The notes below the pieces were generated by a model that was not told the origin of the DNA, made no database searches, and worked only from the letters and a program-made list of their open reading frames with translations. From an uncultured Ruminococcus sp. (lineage in GTDB: Bacteria; Bacillota; Clostridia; RUG12999), in assembly GCA_902784805.1 (NCBI GenBank), contig CACZWD010000014.1, forward strand, positions 1 to 56,298: 56,298 nucleotides of DNA, written 5' to 3'. The translations under genes and the position numbers were made by a program. This document shows, piece by piece, positions 9,589 to 18,416 of the stretch; positions within the stretch are counted from its first letter, which is position 1; each line of letters begins with the position of its first letter.

Positions 9589-11025
9589 TTACGCCAAGCT
9601 TTCCGCTTTCGTTTTATCATCACTTTTTTGCTCATTGTCATCGGCGTCATCATTATCATCATTCTCTTTACTGTACAAAGCGTATTTTTTCATTATTTCA
9701 TATACAATAGCGGCAACACACGACATACCAAAACCGCCGATAATGGCAATAAGCTTCAAAACGGAACCGCTCATATTCTCAAAATAACTTACTCCGCTTA
9801 ATTTTTTTATATGAAACGCCGGTATATACTCATTATAATCGGAAATATTTATATTTGCCTTTTTATATAATTCCTCAAGGCTGACAAGCACCGCTTCTAT
9901 TTCATCTTTTACTTCCGCTTCATATTCCTCATAATTTATATCGGGACTTTTTTCTAACTTAAATTTATCTATAATACTTTGACAATATTCCATATCAATT
10001 TTTTTGTTGTTTGCAGAAATACTGTCGTTTGCATAGCCTGTTATAAGATTATCATAAGTTGTCTGTTCGTCAACGGCATTACTGTCATCATGTTCGACGC
10101 CCTGCATAATCGAAACCGAGTCGGGATTTTCTCCGCCGTTTTCTTCATCCGGATTAAAAAGATTCAAATTCGCGTTTAAATAGGAATCCATTCTGTCCTT
10201 GGCAACCTCCGCTTTATAAGCGGAATTTGCCATATCGCGCATATTGCTTTCAAGACGCTCTCTATACCTGTCTATAAGGATTGCCTCATCTTTGGTAACC
10301 TGACCTTCAAAAATTTTTGAAAAAATTTTGGGCATTGAATATTCGTTGATTCGCTCAAAATCTTTAAGTAAATCACTAAACGTAAGTCCGGTGGTGGGTG
10401 AACGGTATCCCATACTGTCTTTTGAATAGCTTGAAAGCGCGGTTATAGTCTGTTTCAGATTATCCTCAATCTGCTCCGCCTGCTCAATGTAATCAAAATT
10501 CTTTTTATTTACATTATAATCAACCTCGTTAAGCGTTGCAAGATAAAGATAGGTTTCCGAATAGTATTTAAAATAATTTGCTACAAGGCTTGATAAAATA
10601 TCCCTTGTGGACTCAAAAGACGAATTTCCTTTATAAGTAATCATAAAGGTTTTCGGAAAAAAACTATATTCCTCACCGAGCTTTTCCTTCGCGCTTTTAA
10701 GGTTTTCCACCGTTTTTGGAGTTATTGCCGAAACAGTAATGTTCTCTCTTACGGACTCGATTTTTTTATTCTTGTAGCCCAAATCATTAAGCACATTGAG
10801 AATAACCCTGGGTGATTTTATTTCGTTTACGTCAAAGGTTTTTCCGTCAAGGGTTTTTCCCTGACTTATACAAGCGTCATCATACTGAATTATAACCTTC
10901 GAGCTGTACGTCTGGCTTCTGTCAACATATACGGTTGCCATAAAGAAAGCTGCTATTGTTACAATAACAATAAATATTTTCCATTTATATAAATATTTAA
11001 ATAAATCCCATACCGAAATACTCAT
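9589..11025 (-). CDS. Wzz/YveK-like chain-length-determinant protein (paralogue 2)
   Basis: The ORF-track start at 11121 overlaps the upstream gene by 95 nt, whereas the ATG at 11025 abuts the upstream TAG (11029-11027). Features: SISVWDLFKYLYKWKIFIVIVTIAAFF...YSSKVIIQY, a long coiled extracytoplasmic domain, a C-terminal TM helix and an acidic tail. Confidence 0.55.
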   Translation of the reverse strand: MSISVWDLFKYLYKWKIFIVIVTIAAFFMATVYVDRSQTYSSKVIIQYDDACISQGKTLDGKTFDVNEIKSPRVILNVLNDLGYKNKKIESVRENITVSAITPKTVENLKSAKEKLGEEYSFFPKTFMITYKGNSSFESTRDILSSLVANYFKYYSETYLYLATLNEVDYNVNKKNFDYIEQAEQIEDNLKQTITALSSYSKDSMGYRSPTTGLTFSDLLKDFERINEYSMPKIFSKIFEGQVTKDEAILIDRYRERLESNMRDMANSAYKAEVAKDRMDSYLNANLNLFNPDEENGGENPDSVSIMQGVEHDDSNAVDEQTTYDNLITGYANDSISANNKKIDMEYCQSIIDKFKLEKSPDINYEEYEAEVKDEIEAVLVSLEELYKKANINISDYNEYIPAFHIKKLSGVSYFENMSGSVLKLIAIIGGFGMSCVAAIVYEIMKKYALYSKENDDNDDADDNEQKSDDKTKAESLA

Positions 11026-11026
11026 A

Positions 11027-12379
11027 CTATTCACCCCGTTTCTTTTTAACAAGCTCAATTGATGAAAAGGCTTCTTCAAAAACCTGCAGCTTTTTAAGAA
11101 CAAGCTTTTCAAAAAACTCAATAAATATCATAATTGCAAAAGCAAACAAAAATCCGAGAATTATAAATTTAATGATAACATTTCCCCCGCTGCGGTCCCG
11201 CAGATAAACTTTAAAATAGTTGCTCGTTTTATGCTCTAAGTACTCGTTATCGGTTTTTAAAACCTCAGCAGAAAGGATTTCAAGGTCATTTGACAAACTG
11301 CTTATCATTTCATCCGTTATCTGTTTTTTATCCTCGCCCGTAGTCTCAAAATTTGAAAACTTTTCTTTTAAGCTTCTGTAATCTTCAAGCACATCAAGAG
11401 TTCTTGCCGCTTCTATTCCGTCATCATATGACCTTTTTGTAAGCTCGTCAATTCCTGTTGTTGTACGGCTCATATAATATGTTTGCTTTGTGTTGATAGA
11501 CGGAATAAATGCAACGGCGGCAATTCCGGGCGCATATTCACCGAGAGCGGCTTTTGAAATATCCGAAGCGTTATGCATTTTTTCATATTTTGTTTCGTTT
11601 TCCGATATCTGATAATCAAGCTCTTTAACATATTCGCTGTTACTTTTTGAAATGCCGTTCTGTACAATATACGAATAAAACTTTTCAAGGTTTATATTGC
11701 GGAAGCTTTCAAGCTTTTTTGCCGCCATACCGAGATTTACTCCATCTTCCGAATAAAAAGTATTATTCTCGTTCTGGTGCGTTTTTAAATAGCTCAACAT
11801 TACATCAATTTTATCTTTAAAAACCTGATGGATTTCCATATAATCCATATGCTCAAAATCGTAATCGTCCGCTTTATATATGAGAACATCGTTCTTTTCG
11901 GAATATTTTTCAGCGAAATATTCGGTATAAGCCTTTTCAAGACTTTCCATAAAAAGAGCCGCCTCGTTTTTTGAAAACTTACTCTTCTGAGTATAATACG
12001 CGTAAAAGGTCGTGGGCATATAAACAATATTTTCTTCATTCTGTACGGCAGCAACGATGTCGTCAAGCGGCTGTCCCGTTAATCTTGTGGTAATAAAAAC
12101 CCTTGAACGAAGAAACTCCGTATCAATATCCTTATCTTTAAGGTTTTTCTTTGCCTTTTCGATAACCTCGGGAGATTTAAGCTCCGATATTTCAAATATA
12201 CTGCCATCGGGATTAAGCCCTTTTTCCGCACCCGGATAGTTAAACTCTATAACCATACTCTTTTGCTTGCTTATTATAAGTACATCGTACATTATTCCCG
12301 CAAAACCAAACAGAACAACTACTAAAAGTATAAACACCATGTATTTCATTTTTAAAATATGTTTCAAAAAACTTATCAT
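11027..12379 (-). CDS. Wzz-like membrane protein (paralogue 1)
   Basis: 450-aa ORF with the same N-TM / long coiled domain / C-TM architecture. It shares the block DG..F...E(I/L)KSP.VI with the downstream paralogue. Confidence 0.45.
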   Translation of the reverse strand: MISFLKHILKMKYMVFILLVVVLFGFAGIMYDVLIISKQKSMVIEFNYPGAEKGLNPDGSIFEISELKSPEVIEKAKKNLKDKDIDTEFLRSRVFITTRLTGQPLDDIVAAVQNEENIVYMPTTFYAYYTQKSKFSKNEAALFMESLEKAYTEYFAEKYSEKNDVLIYKADDYDFEHMDYMEIHQVFKDKIDVMLSYLKTHQNENNTFYSEDGVNLGMAAKKLESFRNINLEKFYSYIVQNGISKSNSEYVKELDYQISENETKYEKMHNASDISKAALGEYAPGIAAVAFIPSINTKQTYYMSRTTTGIDELTKRSYDDGIEAARTLDVLEDYRSLKEKFSNFETTGEDKKQITDEMISSLSNDLEILSAEVLKTDNEYLEHKTSNYFKVYLRDRSGGNVIIKFIILGFLFAFAIMIFIEFFEKLVLKKLQVFEEAFSSIELVKKKRGE

Positions 12380-13576
12380 TTAGGCTTCTTCCTTTCCCAT
12401 GATTTTTTTAAGTATATCTTCAGGCAATTGTCCTTTAAATGACATTGCGCACATCATCATAATATTAAGATAGGGTTTAAAAACATAAAAGGTTAACGAC
12501 ATCGAAAATGCCATGAGCGCAAAAAATGCGCATGAATAAACCTTGTCTGTCCCTAACGGCCGTATAAGACACGCAAACATAACAACCATGAAAAGTAATA
12601 TTCCTATAAGCCCCTGGTCGCTGAATATCTGAATAAACGTATTATGCGCAACGGTGTTCTTAAATGTTTTATCGGGTGCTTTAAGAAGTATATCAAAAGA
12701 GGACAGGACTCCCGAGCCTCTTATAACCCGCTCCGGCTTTTCAAGCGTATGCTTTACAAGATATTCCCATATTTCAAACCTGCCGGTTGCCTTATCCTCC
12801 GCAACTCTTTCAACACTGTAACGCTCTTTCACCGACTCGGGAAGAAGCGGAAAAACCGCAAAGACTATAATTCCCGCAAGCAAAACGGCTGAAATGCAAA
12901 TCGCAATTCTTCCCTTTATGCTCTTTATGCCGATTACGATATACGCAAAAGCCCCGGCAACAACGCCTATAAGCCCGCCTCTCGAACCTGTTTTTAAAAC
13001 GGAATATATTATAAGTAAAATCGTAACAAAATACGCCGGCATAAACCTACGCTTTTCGACAATCCTTTTAACGCTTATAATAATCGGCATTATAAAATAT
13101 GCGCAGAACTGATTCTGGTCCTCCTCAAAACCGAAAATTTTTATAACGGCACGTTCCTCGGTCTCACTTAAAACCTCTTTGCTTGTAAAAGCGGCAACAA
13201 TACAAATAATACCGACTGCAAGCCATATATTTTCTATCATTTCTTTTTCACGGTTATTGTAAATTCTTATGCTTATAAGTATAAAAGCAAAAAAACCAAG
13301 CAGCATATCCTTTGTTACTGTCAAGGTAATTTCTTCTCTGTACATTGCGAGCTGTAAAACCGTGTACATCACGTATAAAAAATATGTAAAATGAACATAG
13401 TTGAGAGACAATCTGCTTTTTCCAAGCAACAGCCTTACGGAAAGTACGGCGGCAACAGGCATGGTAACAAGTTTCAGCATTGAGCCGAAGGGCGTGATTA
13501 TAACCGTAAGCGGCAAACATACAAAGTACATACATGCCATAATACAGTCAAGACTTATTTTGTTTTCTGTTTCCAC
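12380..13576 (-). CDS. wzy: Wzy-type polymerase / O-antigen ligase family protein
   Basis: 398-aa polytopic ORF with the LKTGSRGGLIGVVAGAFAYI block typical of Wzy_C. GTG start. Its TAA abuts the next gene's ATG. Confidence 0.7.
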   Translation of the reverse strand: METENKISLDCIMACMYFVCLPLTVIITPFGSMLKLVTMPVAAVLSVRLLLGKSRLSLNYVHFTYFLYVMYTVLQLAMYREEITLTVTKDMLLGFFAFILISIRIYNNREKEMIENIWLAVGIICIVAAFTSKEVLSETEERAVIKIFGFEEDQNQFCAYFIMPIIISVKRIVEKRRFMPAYFVTILLIIYSVLKTGSRGGLIGVVAGAFAYIVIGIKSIKGRIAICISAVLLAGIIVFAVFPLLPESVKERYSVERVAEDKATGRFEIWEYLVKHTLEKPERVIRGSGVLSSFDILLKAPDKTFKNTVAHNTFIQIFSDQGLIGILLFMVVMFACLIRPLGTDKVYSCAFFALMAFSMSLTFYVFKPYLNIMMMCAMSFKGQLPEDILKKIMGKEEA

Positions 13577-13610
13577 CGCTTAAATCACCACTCTTTTTAT
13601 CGTAATACGG

Positions 13611-14432
13611 CTACTTTTCGCTCACAACAACACGCTTTATTTTATCAAAAGTAAGAAATAACGGTCTTAAATAAACCCTTATCCTTGTCATTACGGTATC
13701 CATATCCCACCGTTTAAGATATTTTGCCGTTTCGGCGGCAAAAATATAGTTGCATTTATATTTTTGCAGGATTGACGCGCCTTTGCCCGTAAGTCCCTGA
13801 CCGGACTGATAATAGTTATAAAGAATATCCGGTAAAATCGTAATTTTCTGCGCTTTGGTATAAACTTCAAGCGAAAAAAGCACGTCCTCCGCAACCTTCA
13901 TATCTTCACGAAACTCCCGCCCTTTTATAAGAGTGCTGCGATATATACCGCTGCACAGATTGTTAAGCCTTATGCCTTCTATAAAATACGGGTAAATTTT
14001 CTTTTTAAAATCCTTTTTTTCAACTACATCATAAGCGTCAAACTGATTATGCCTGCGCCTTATTCTGCCGTCCGGATAAACGAGCCTGAGTCTGAATTTA
14101 ACTATATCCGCTTCCGTTTTCTCAATCACGGAGGTGAGTACGTCTATCGCTCCCTCCGGCAAATAATCGTCCGCGTCAAGAAACATAACATAATCGCCCT
14201 GTATCATAGGGATTCCCTTGTTTCTCGCGGCGGATACTCCGCTGTTGGTATCGCACGTTTTAACTCTTATACAGTCTTTATATTTTTCAATAATTTTTGC
14301 CGTACCGTCCGTTGAGCCGTCGTTTATAACAATTATGTCAAGCTCCGCACCCTTCTGCGAAACAGCTGAGTCAAGGCATCTTTCAATAAATTTTTCACCG
14401 TTATACACCGGTATGATGATAGATATTTTCAT
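13611..14432 (-). CDS. Family-2 glycosyltransferase
   Basis: I chose the internal ATG at 14432 (GGGGGA RBS 5 nt upstream), which gives MKISIIIPVYNGEKFIERCLDS...INDGSTDGT...FLDADDYL. It overlaps the upstream gene by 32 nt. Confidence 0.8.
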   Translation of the reverse strand: MKISIIIPVYNGEKFIERCLDSAVSQKGAELDIIVINDGSTDGTAKIIEKYKDCIRVKTCDTNSGVSAARNKGIPMIQGDYVMFLDADDYLPEGAIDVLTSVIEKTEADIVKFRLRLVYPDGRIRRRHNQFDAYDVVEKKDFKKKIYPYFIEGIRLNNLCSGIYRSTLIKGREFREDMKVAEDVLFSLEVYTKAQKITILPDILYNYYQSGQGLTGKGASILQKYKCNYIFAAETAKYLKRWDMDTVMTRIRVYLRPLFLTFDKIKRVVVSEK

Positions 14433-15849
14433 CTTTATCCCCCATATGACGAAGAGTTTCTTCGCGGCGTTTTTTTTCGTTTTCTTCCGATGACATAATT
14501 TTATCATACTCCTCGTCAATGCCTTCCGCCGCCGACTTTATAAACATTATCTGAACCGTAAGAAGCATTATCTTTATATCGGTAAGAATCGAATAATTGA
14601 CAATATAAATTATATCCATTAAAATTCTGTCGGACATTCTCGTATTGTATTTGCCATAGACGTGCGCATATCCCGTAAGCCCTGCCTTAACGCAAAAACG
14701 CATATCATAATTTTTTACGGTTTCCGAAAAATAATCCGCAAAAACAGGTCTTTCCGGTCTCGGTCCGACAATTGACATATGCCCCATCAAAATATTGTAA
14801 AGCTGCGGAAGCTCATCAAGCCTTGTTGCCCTAAGCACCTTTCCGACTTTTGTAATTCTGGGGTCGTCCTCCGTGGCGAACTGCGCTCCGTTCTTTTCCG
14901 CGTCCTGCACCATTGTACGGAATTTATATATAGTAAACACTTTTTTGTGAATTGTATAACGCTCCTGTTTATAAATAACCGGCCCGTCCGAATCAAGCTT
15001 TATGGCAACCGCACATATTAAAGCTATCGGTAAAGATACGATTCCCAAAATAACGGAAATAACAATATCAAAGCCCCGCTTCACAAAGCGCTGGAGTCTG
15101 CTCATATAAACGCCCTTTTTTTCTATAACAGGCGTATCGTCAAGCTGATAAATTCTGCCGTGAAGCGTTGAAACACCGTCAAGGTCGGCAAGAATGCTTA
15201 TATCCTTTCCGAGAACAAACGCCTTATGCATTATACGATTTGAGATTTCTTCTGAAATTGCCGGAGAAATAAAAACAGAATCAAAATTTTTCAGCTTTTC
15301 TTCTATCAGAGTGTCTATCTCGGCAGAGTTGTCTTCGTCAATCATATAGTAAACAGCGTCTCGCCCTTTATCCGAAGCGTATTTAAGCTTACGTGCGAGT
15401 CTGCTTGTATTACGCATATTTTCTATAATAAGAAAGCTTCTTTTTTCGCCGAATTTTCTGATAAGAGACGCCGCAAGCGTTCTCCAACAAACAAGCAAAA
15501 CCCAAGTTAAACCAAACTCTGCAAGCCACGCGCTTACCGTAAGCAGCTCCCATTTCAAAAAAACCGAAACAAAAAACGTGCATATAAATGATGCCGTAAC
15601 GGAAAGTACCGCCGATATTCCCGCGGCAAATACCTCCTCCGTCATTGACGCGTATTGGTCATACATAATAAAGAAGAAAACAAGAAACACTACAAACGCA
15701 ATTATATGCCTGTTTTCAAACCCTGCACGCCCGAATTTATTTTCCAATATAAATTTTACAAACAATAAGCTTTGAACGGACAAAAGCATATCAACAATAA
15801 ATAAAACCGAAACAATAACCGTATTTTTTAACCCTTTAATAACAATCAC
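14401..15849 (-). CDS. Initiating polyprenyl-phosphate sugar phosphotransferase (WbaP/CpsE family)
   Basis: 482-aa ORF with N-terminal TM helices and the C-terminal bacterial sugar-transferase domain (FVKRGFDIVIS...KFRTM...DPRITKVGKVLRATRLDELPQLYNIL.GHMSIVGPRPERP). Confidence 0.85.
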   Translation of the reverse strand: MIVIKGLKNTVIVSVLFIVDMLLSVQSLLFVKFILENKFGRAGFENRHIIAFVVFLVFFFIMYDQYASMTEEVFAAGISAVLSVTASFICTFFVSVFLKWELLTVSAWLAEFGLTWVLLVCWRTLAASLIRKFGEKRSFLIIENMRNTSRLARKLKYASDKGRDAVYYMIDEDNSAEIDTLIEEKLKNFDSVFISPAISEEISNRIMHKAFVLGKDISILADLDGVSTLHGRIYQLDDTPVIEKKGVYMSRLQRFVKRGFDIVISVILGIVSLPIALICAVAIKLDSDGPVIYKQERYTIHKKVFTIYKFRTMVQDAEKNGAQFATEDDPRITKVGKVLRATRLDELPQLYNILMGHMSIVGPRPERPVFADYFSETVKNYDMRFCVKAGLTGYAHVYGKYNTRMSDRILMDIIYIVNYSILTDIKIMLLTVQIMFIKSAAEGIDEEYDKIMSSEENEKKRREETLRHMGDKDENIYHHTGV

Positions 15850-15893
15850 CCTTTTTACACTTAAATTACTTTAAAAAGAAAAGGCTGTTTTTA

Positions 15894-16433
15894 TTAATTC
15901 TTATCGCCGTATTTTTTCTTATACATCATTTGATCCGCCAAATTAAACATGTCGTGTGCCGAAACATCACTTATTTGTTCCGCATACGAATAACCTACCG
16001 ACACACCTATTCCGTGTTTTTCACACTCTTTTTCAAAATCATCAATATAAATCTGGGCTTTCTCTTCAGCCTCGCCCTTTATAAACGCCACAAACTCATC
16101 TCCACCTATTCTGAAACAATTATCCTGTACACTATTTCCAAAAACATTCATAATACACTTTGCGGCGTCAATAAGTAGCTTATCACCTGCCGAATGTCCT
16201 TCCTCATTGTTTTTGGCACGAAGATTATTAACATCAAACAAAAACATCAAAACCTTGCAGTTTTCTCTCTGAAGCTTCGCGCTGTATGTATTATAGGCAA
16301 GGCGATTACCGAGAGTGGTAAGCGCGTCTTTTTCCGCAATCAGCCTGAGCTTTTCCATAAGCTCTGTGTTTTTTGTACGCAGATTGTTATACGCATAACC
16401 CATTGAATTCATTTCCGTTAAAAATATAGGCAT
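15894..16433 (-). CDS. GGDEF-domain diguanylate cyclase fragment (output half of a split gene)
   Basis: 179-aa ORF. DALTTLGNRLAY...GHSAGDKLL...FRIGGDEFVAF shows an intact GGDEF motif. There is no RxxD I-site and no SD upstream of its ATG. Confidence 0.8.
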   Translation of the reverse strand: MPIFLTEMNSMGYAYNNLRTKNTELMEKLRLIAEKDALTTLGNRLAYNTYSAKLQRENCKVLMFLFDVNNLRAKNNEEGHSAGDKLLIDAAKCIMNVFGNSVQDNCFRIGGDEFVAFIKGEAEEKAQIYIDDFEKECEKHGIGVSVGYSYAEQISDVSAHDMFNLADQMMYKKKYGDKN

Positions 16434-16435
16434 AC

Positions 16436-17230
16436 TTATTGGCAGATCTTTTTTAATGTTTTTTGAAGCCTCAACAATTGGACTGACAACAAAAAATACT
16501 GAAACATCATCGTCATAAACACAAGTAAAAAAACCAGCACAATAATAACTGTCTGAATTCTTGAATAATTATCTACTTTTTTTGTAAGCATAAAATATTT
16601 TTTTTCCGAAACGTCCAGCGTTTTACTTAAAAATTCGTTTACTCCCGACCTTATTTTCTTTTTTGACTCCAAATATATGTCATCAAAAAGCATTTTCCTC
16701 GCTTTAAGCTTTGCCTCCTCGGGAGAAAGCGCCACATCCTCCTCCGTAAGCTCCACGTCTTTGACTTCCTTATACGGTATATCCTCCGGCGGCAACTCAT
16801 AACCGTAGACGGCAAGCTTCATGGAGTAATATTCTCTTTCCATAAGCTTATTTGATTCTTCCATCGATTTTTCAATTATATTCTGCTCTTTTTCCGAAGG
16901 CAGGATTTTTTTAAGCTCTTTAATTGCCGTGTCTCTGTGCTTTGAAACCTTTGCTTCCTCAAAATACCCGTACATATATTCCATTTTTACCGTTTCCGCA
17001 AAAAGTCTTACTTGCTCGGTCAGAATATCCGAACCAAGTGTAAGTTGGTTTGCTATATAGGTATATTTCATATGTAATTTTGAAAGCTCTATGCTCTGAT
17101 TATTATATCTGTACATCCGAACTGTGTTTACTGTCATTATAATACAAAGCAAAATTATAATTGACATAATAAAAATAATAATGCTTCTTAATTGCATTTT
17201 ATTTCCGTTTACAGAAAAATGCTCATTCAT
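16436..17230 (-). CDS. Two-TM extracytoplasmic sensor module (input half of the split diguanylate cyclase)
   Basis: 264-aa ORF arranged as TM1, an extracytoplasmic helical domain of about 190 aa, then TM2. It stops 15 aa after TM2 and 2 nt before the GGDEF ORF, which is in the -1 frame. Confidence 0.6.
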   Translation of the reverse strand: MNEHFSVNGNKMQLRSIIIFIMSIIILLCIIMTVNTVRMYRYNNQSIELSKLHMKYTYIANQLTLGSDILTEQVRLFAETVKMEYMYGYFEEAKVSKHRDTAIKELKKILPSEKEQNIIEKSMEESNKLMEREYYSMKLAVYGYELPPEDIPYKEVKDVELTEEDVALSPEEAKLKARKMLFDDIYLESKKKIRSGVNEFLSKTLDVSEKKYFMLTKKVDNYSRIQTVIIVLVFLLVFMTMMFQYFLLSVQLLRLQKTLKKICQ

Positions 17231-17275
17231 TTTTATAAATTTCCTCCTGTTCGTGCGTTCAAAGTATTACTTTTG

Positions 17276-18334
17276 TCACCAAAGCAGGCTTTCCATTTTC
17301 TTTTTAACTCTTTTAAAGCTGCTTATCAAATCATCCGAAAAAGAGCCGCATTTCCCACTAACAATCATATCAAACGCTTCGTCGGGCGGAACCGATCTTT
17401 TATATATTCTTTTTGTTACAAGAGCGTCATACACATCAGCAAGCGATACAACCTGTGCCGCTATCGGAATTTCATCGCCCTTAAGCCCCATAGGATAGCC
17501 TTTGCCATCATATCTTTCATGATGATAAAGAATTATATCTCTGCATATATCGGCATACTCGTTGCCCCAGATTTCTCTTGCGCCTTCAATAAGCTCGCTG
17601 CCTTTTACGGTGTGAGCTTTCATCTGATTATATTCTTCCTTGGTAAGTCTTCCTGGTTTTAAAAGGATTTTATCGGGTATATTTATTTTGCCGATATCGT
17701 GTATGGCGCTTGCCGATACAATTTGCTTAACCTTTTTTGTGGTAAGCTTATATTTCGGGCAATTTTTCATTATATCTTCAGCAATAATTTTGGTAAAGCC
17801 CTTTACTCTGCGTATATGTTTGCCGCTTTCAAGATTACGAGATTCAACAACATTGCCTAAAAGCTCAATAATATTGCTGTCCGTTTCGCTAAGGCGCTTA
17901 TTTTTTAATTGAATTTCTTTTTTCTGTTTCGCGATGCGGGCTTCGGCTTTTCTTTTATGCTTAAAAAGCTCTATAACCGTGCGCACTCTATGCCTCACAA
18001 TGGTTTCGTTAAAAGGCATCAAAAGATAATCCGTTACACCTTTTCTAAAGCACTTTTTAAGTGCCTCAGCATCATTTCCCTTGCTTATAACAAGAACCGG
18101 AACCTTCTTTTTCAGCTCAAGCTTTCTAAGAATATCTATTAAACTTTTACCGTCAACTATCATAAGCTCAAAACATATTATAATAACCGCTAATTTTTTA
18201 CCTTTCTCTCTAATAATCTTAAGTATACTTTCATCGTCGGTTGCGGTAATGGTATTATATGAATCTTCAAGTATTCTATCAAGCATATCACAATCTTGTC
18301 TGACAGTATCCGCTATTAAAATTTCATCTTTCAT
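17276..18334 (-). CDS. HD-GYP c-di-GMP phosphodiesterase with degenerate N-terminal receiver domain
   Basis: 352-aa ORF. HDIGKINIP ... HHERYDGKGYPMGLKG are HD-GYP motifs. The N-terminal CheY-like fold has Cys in place of the phospho-Asp. Confidence 0.85.
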   Translation of the reverse strand: MKDEILIADTVRQDCDMLDRILEDSYNTITATDDESILKIIREKGKKLAVIIICFELMIVDGKSLIDILRKLELKKKVPVLVISKGNDAEALKKCFRKGVTDYLLMPFNETIVRHRVRTVIELFKHKRKAEARIAKQKKEIQLKNKRLSETDSNIIELLGNVVESRNLESGKHIRRVKGFTKIIAEDIMKNCPKYKLTTKKVKQIVSASAIHDIGKINIPDKILLKPGRLTKEEYNQMKAHTVKGSELIEGAREIWGNEYADICRDIILYHHERYDGKGYPMGLKGDEIPIAAQVVSLADVYDALVTKRIYKRSVPPDEAFDMIVSGKCGSFSDDLISSFKRVKKKMESLLW

Positions 18335-18416
18335 AAAATTTCGCTGCCTCTTTTCAACGCCACGACATTGCTCTTTTACATATTTTAATCTTCAATTTGT
18401 ACATTACGCCAAAGAT

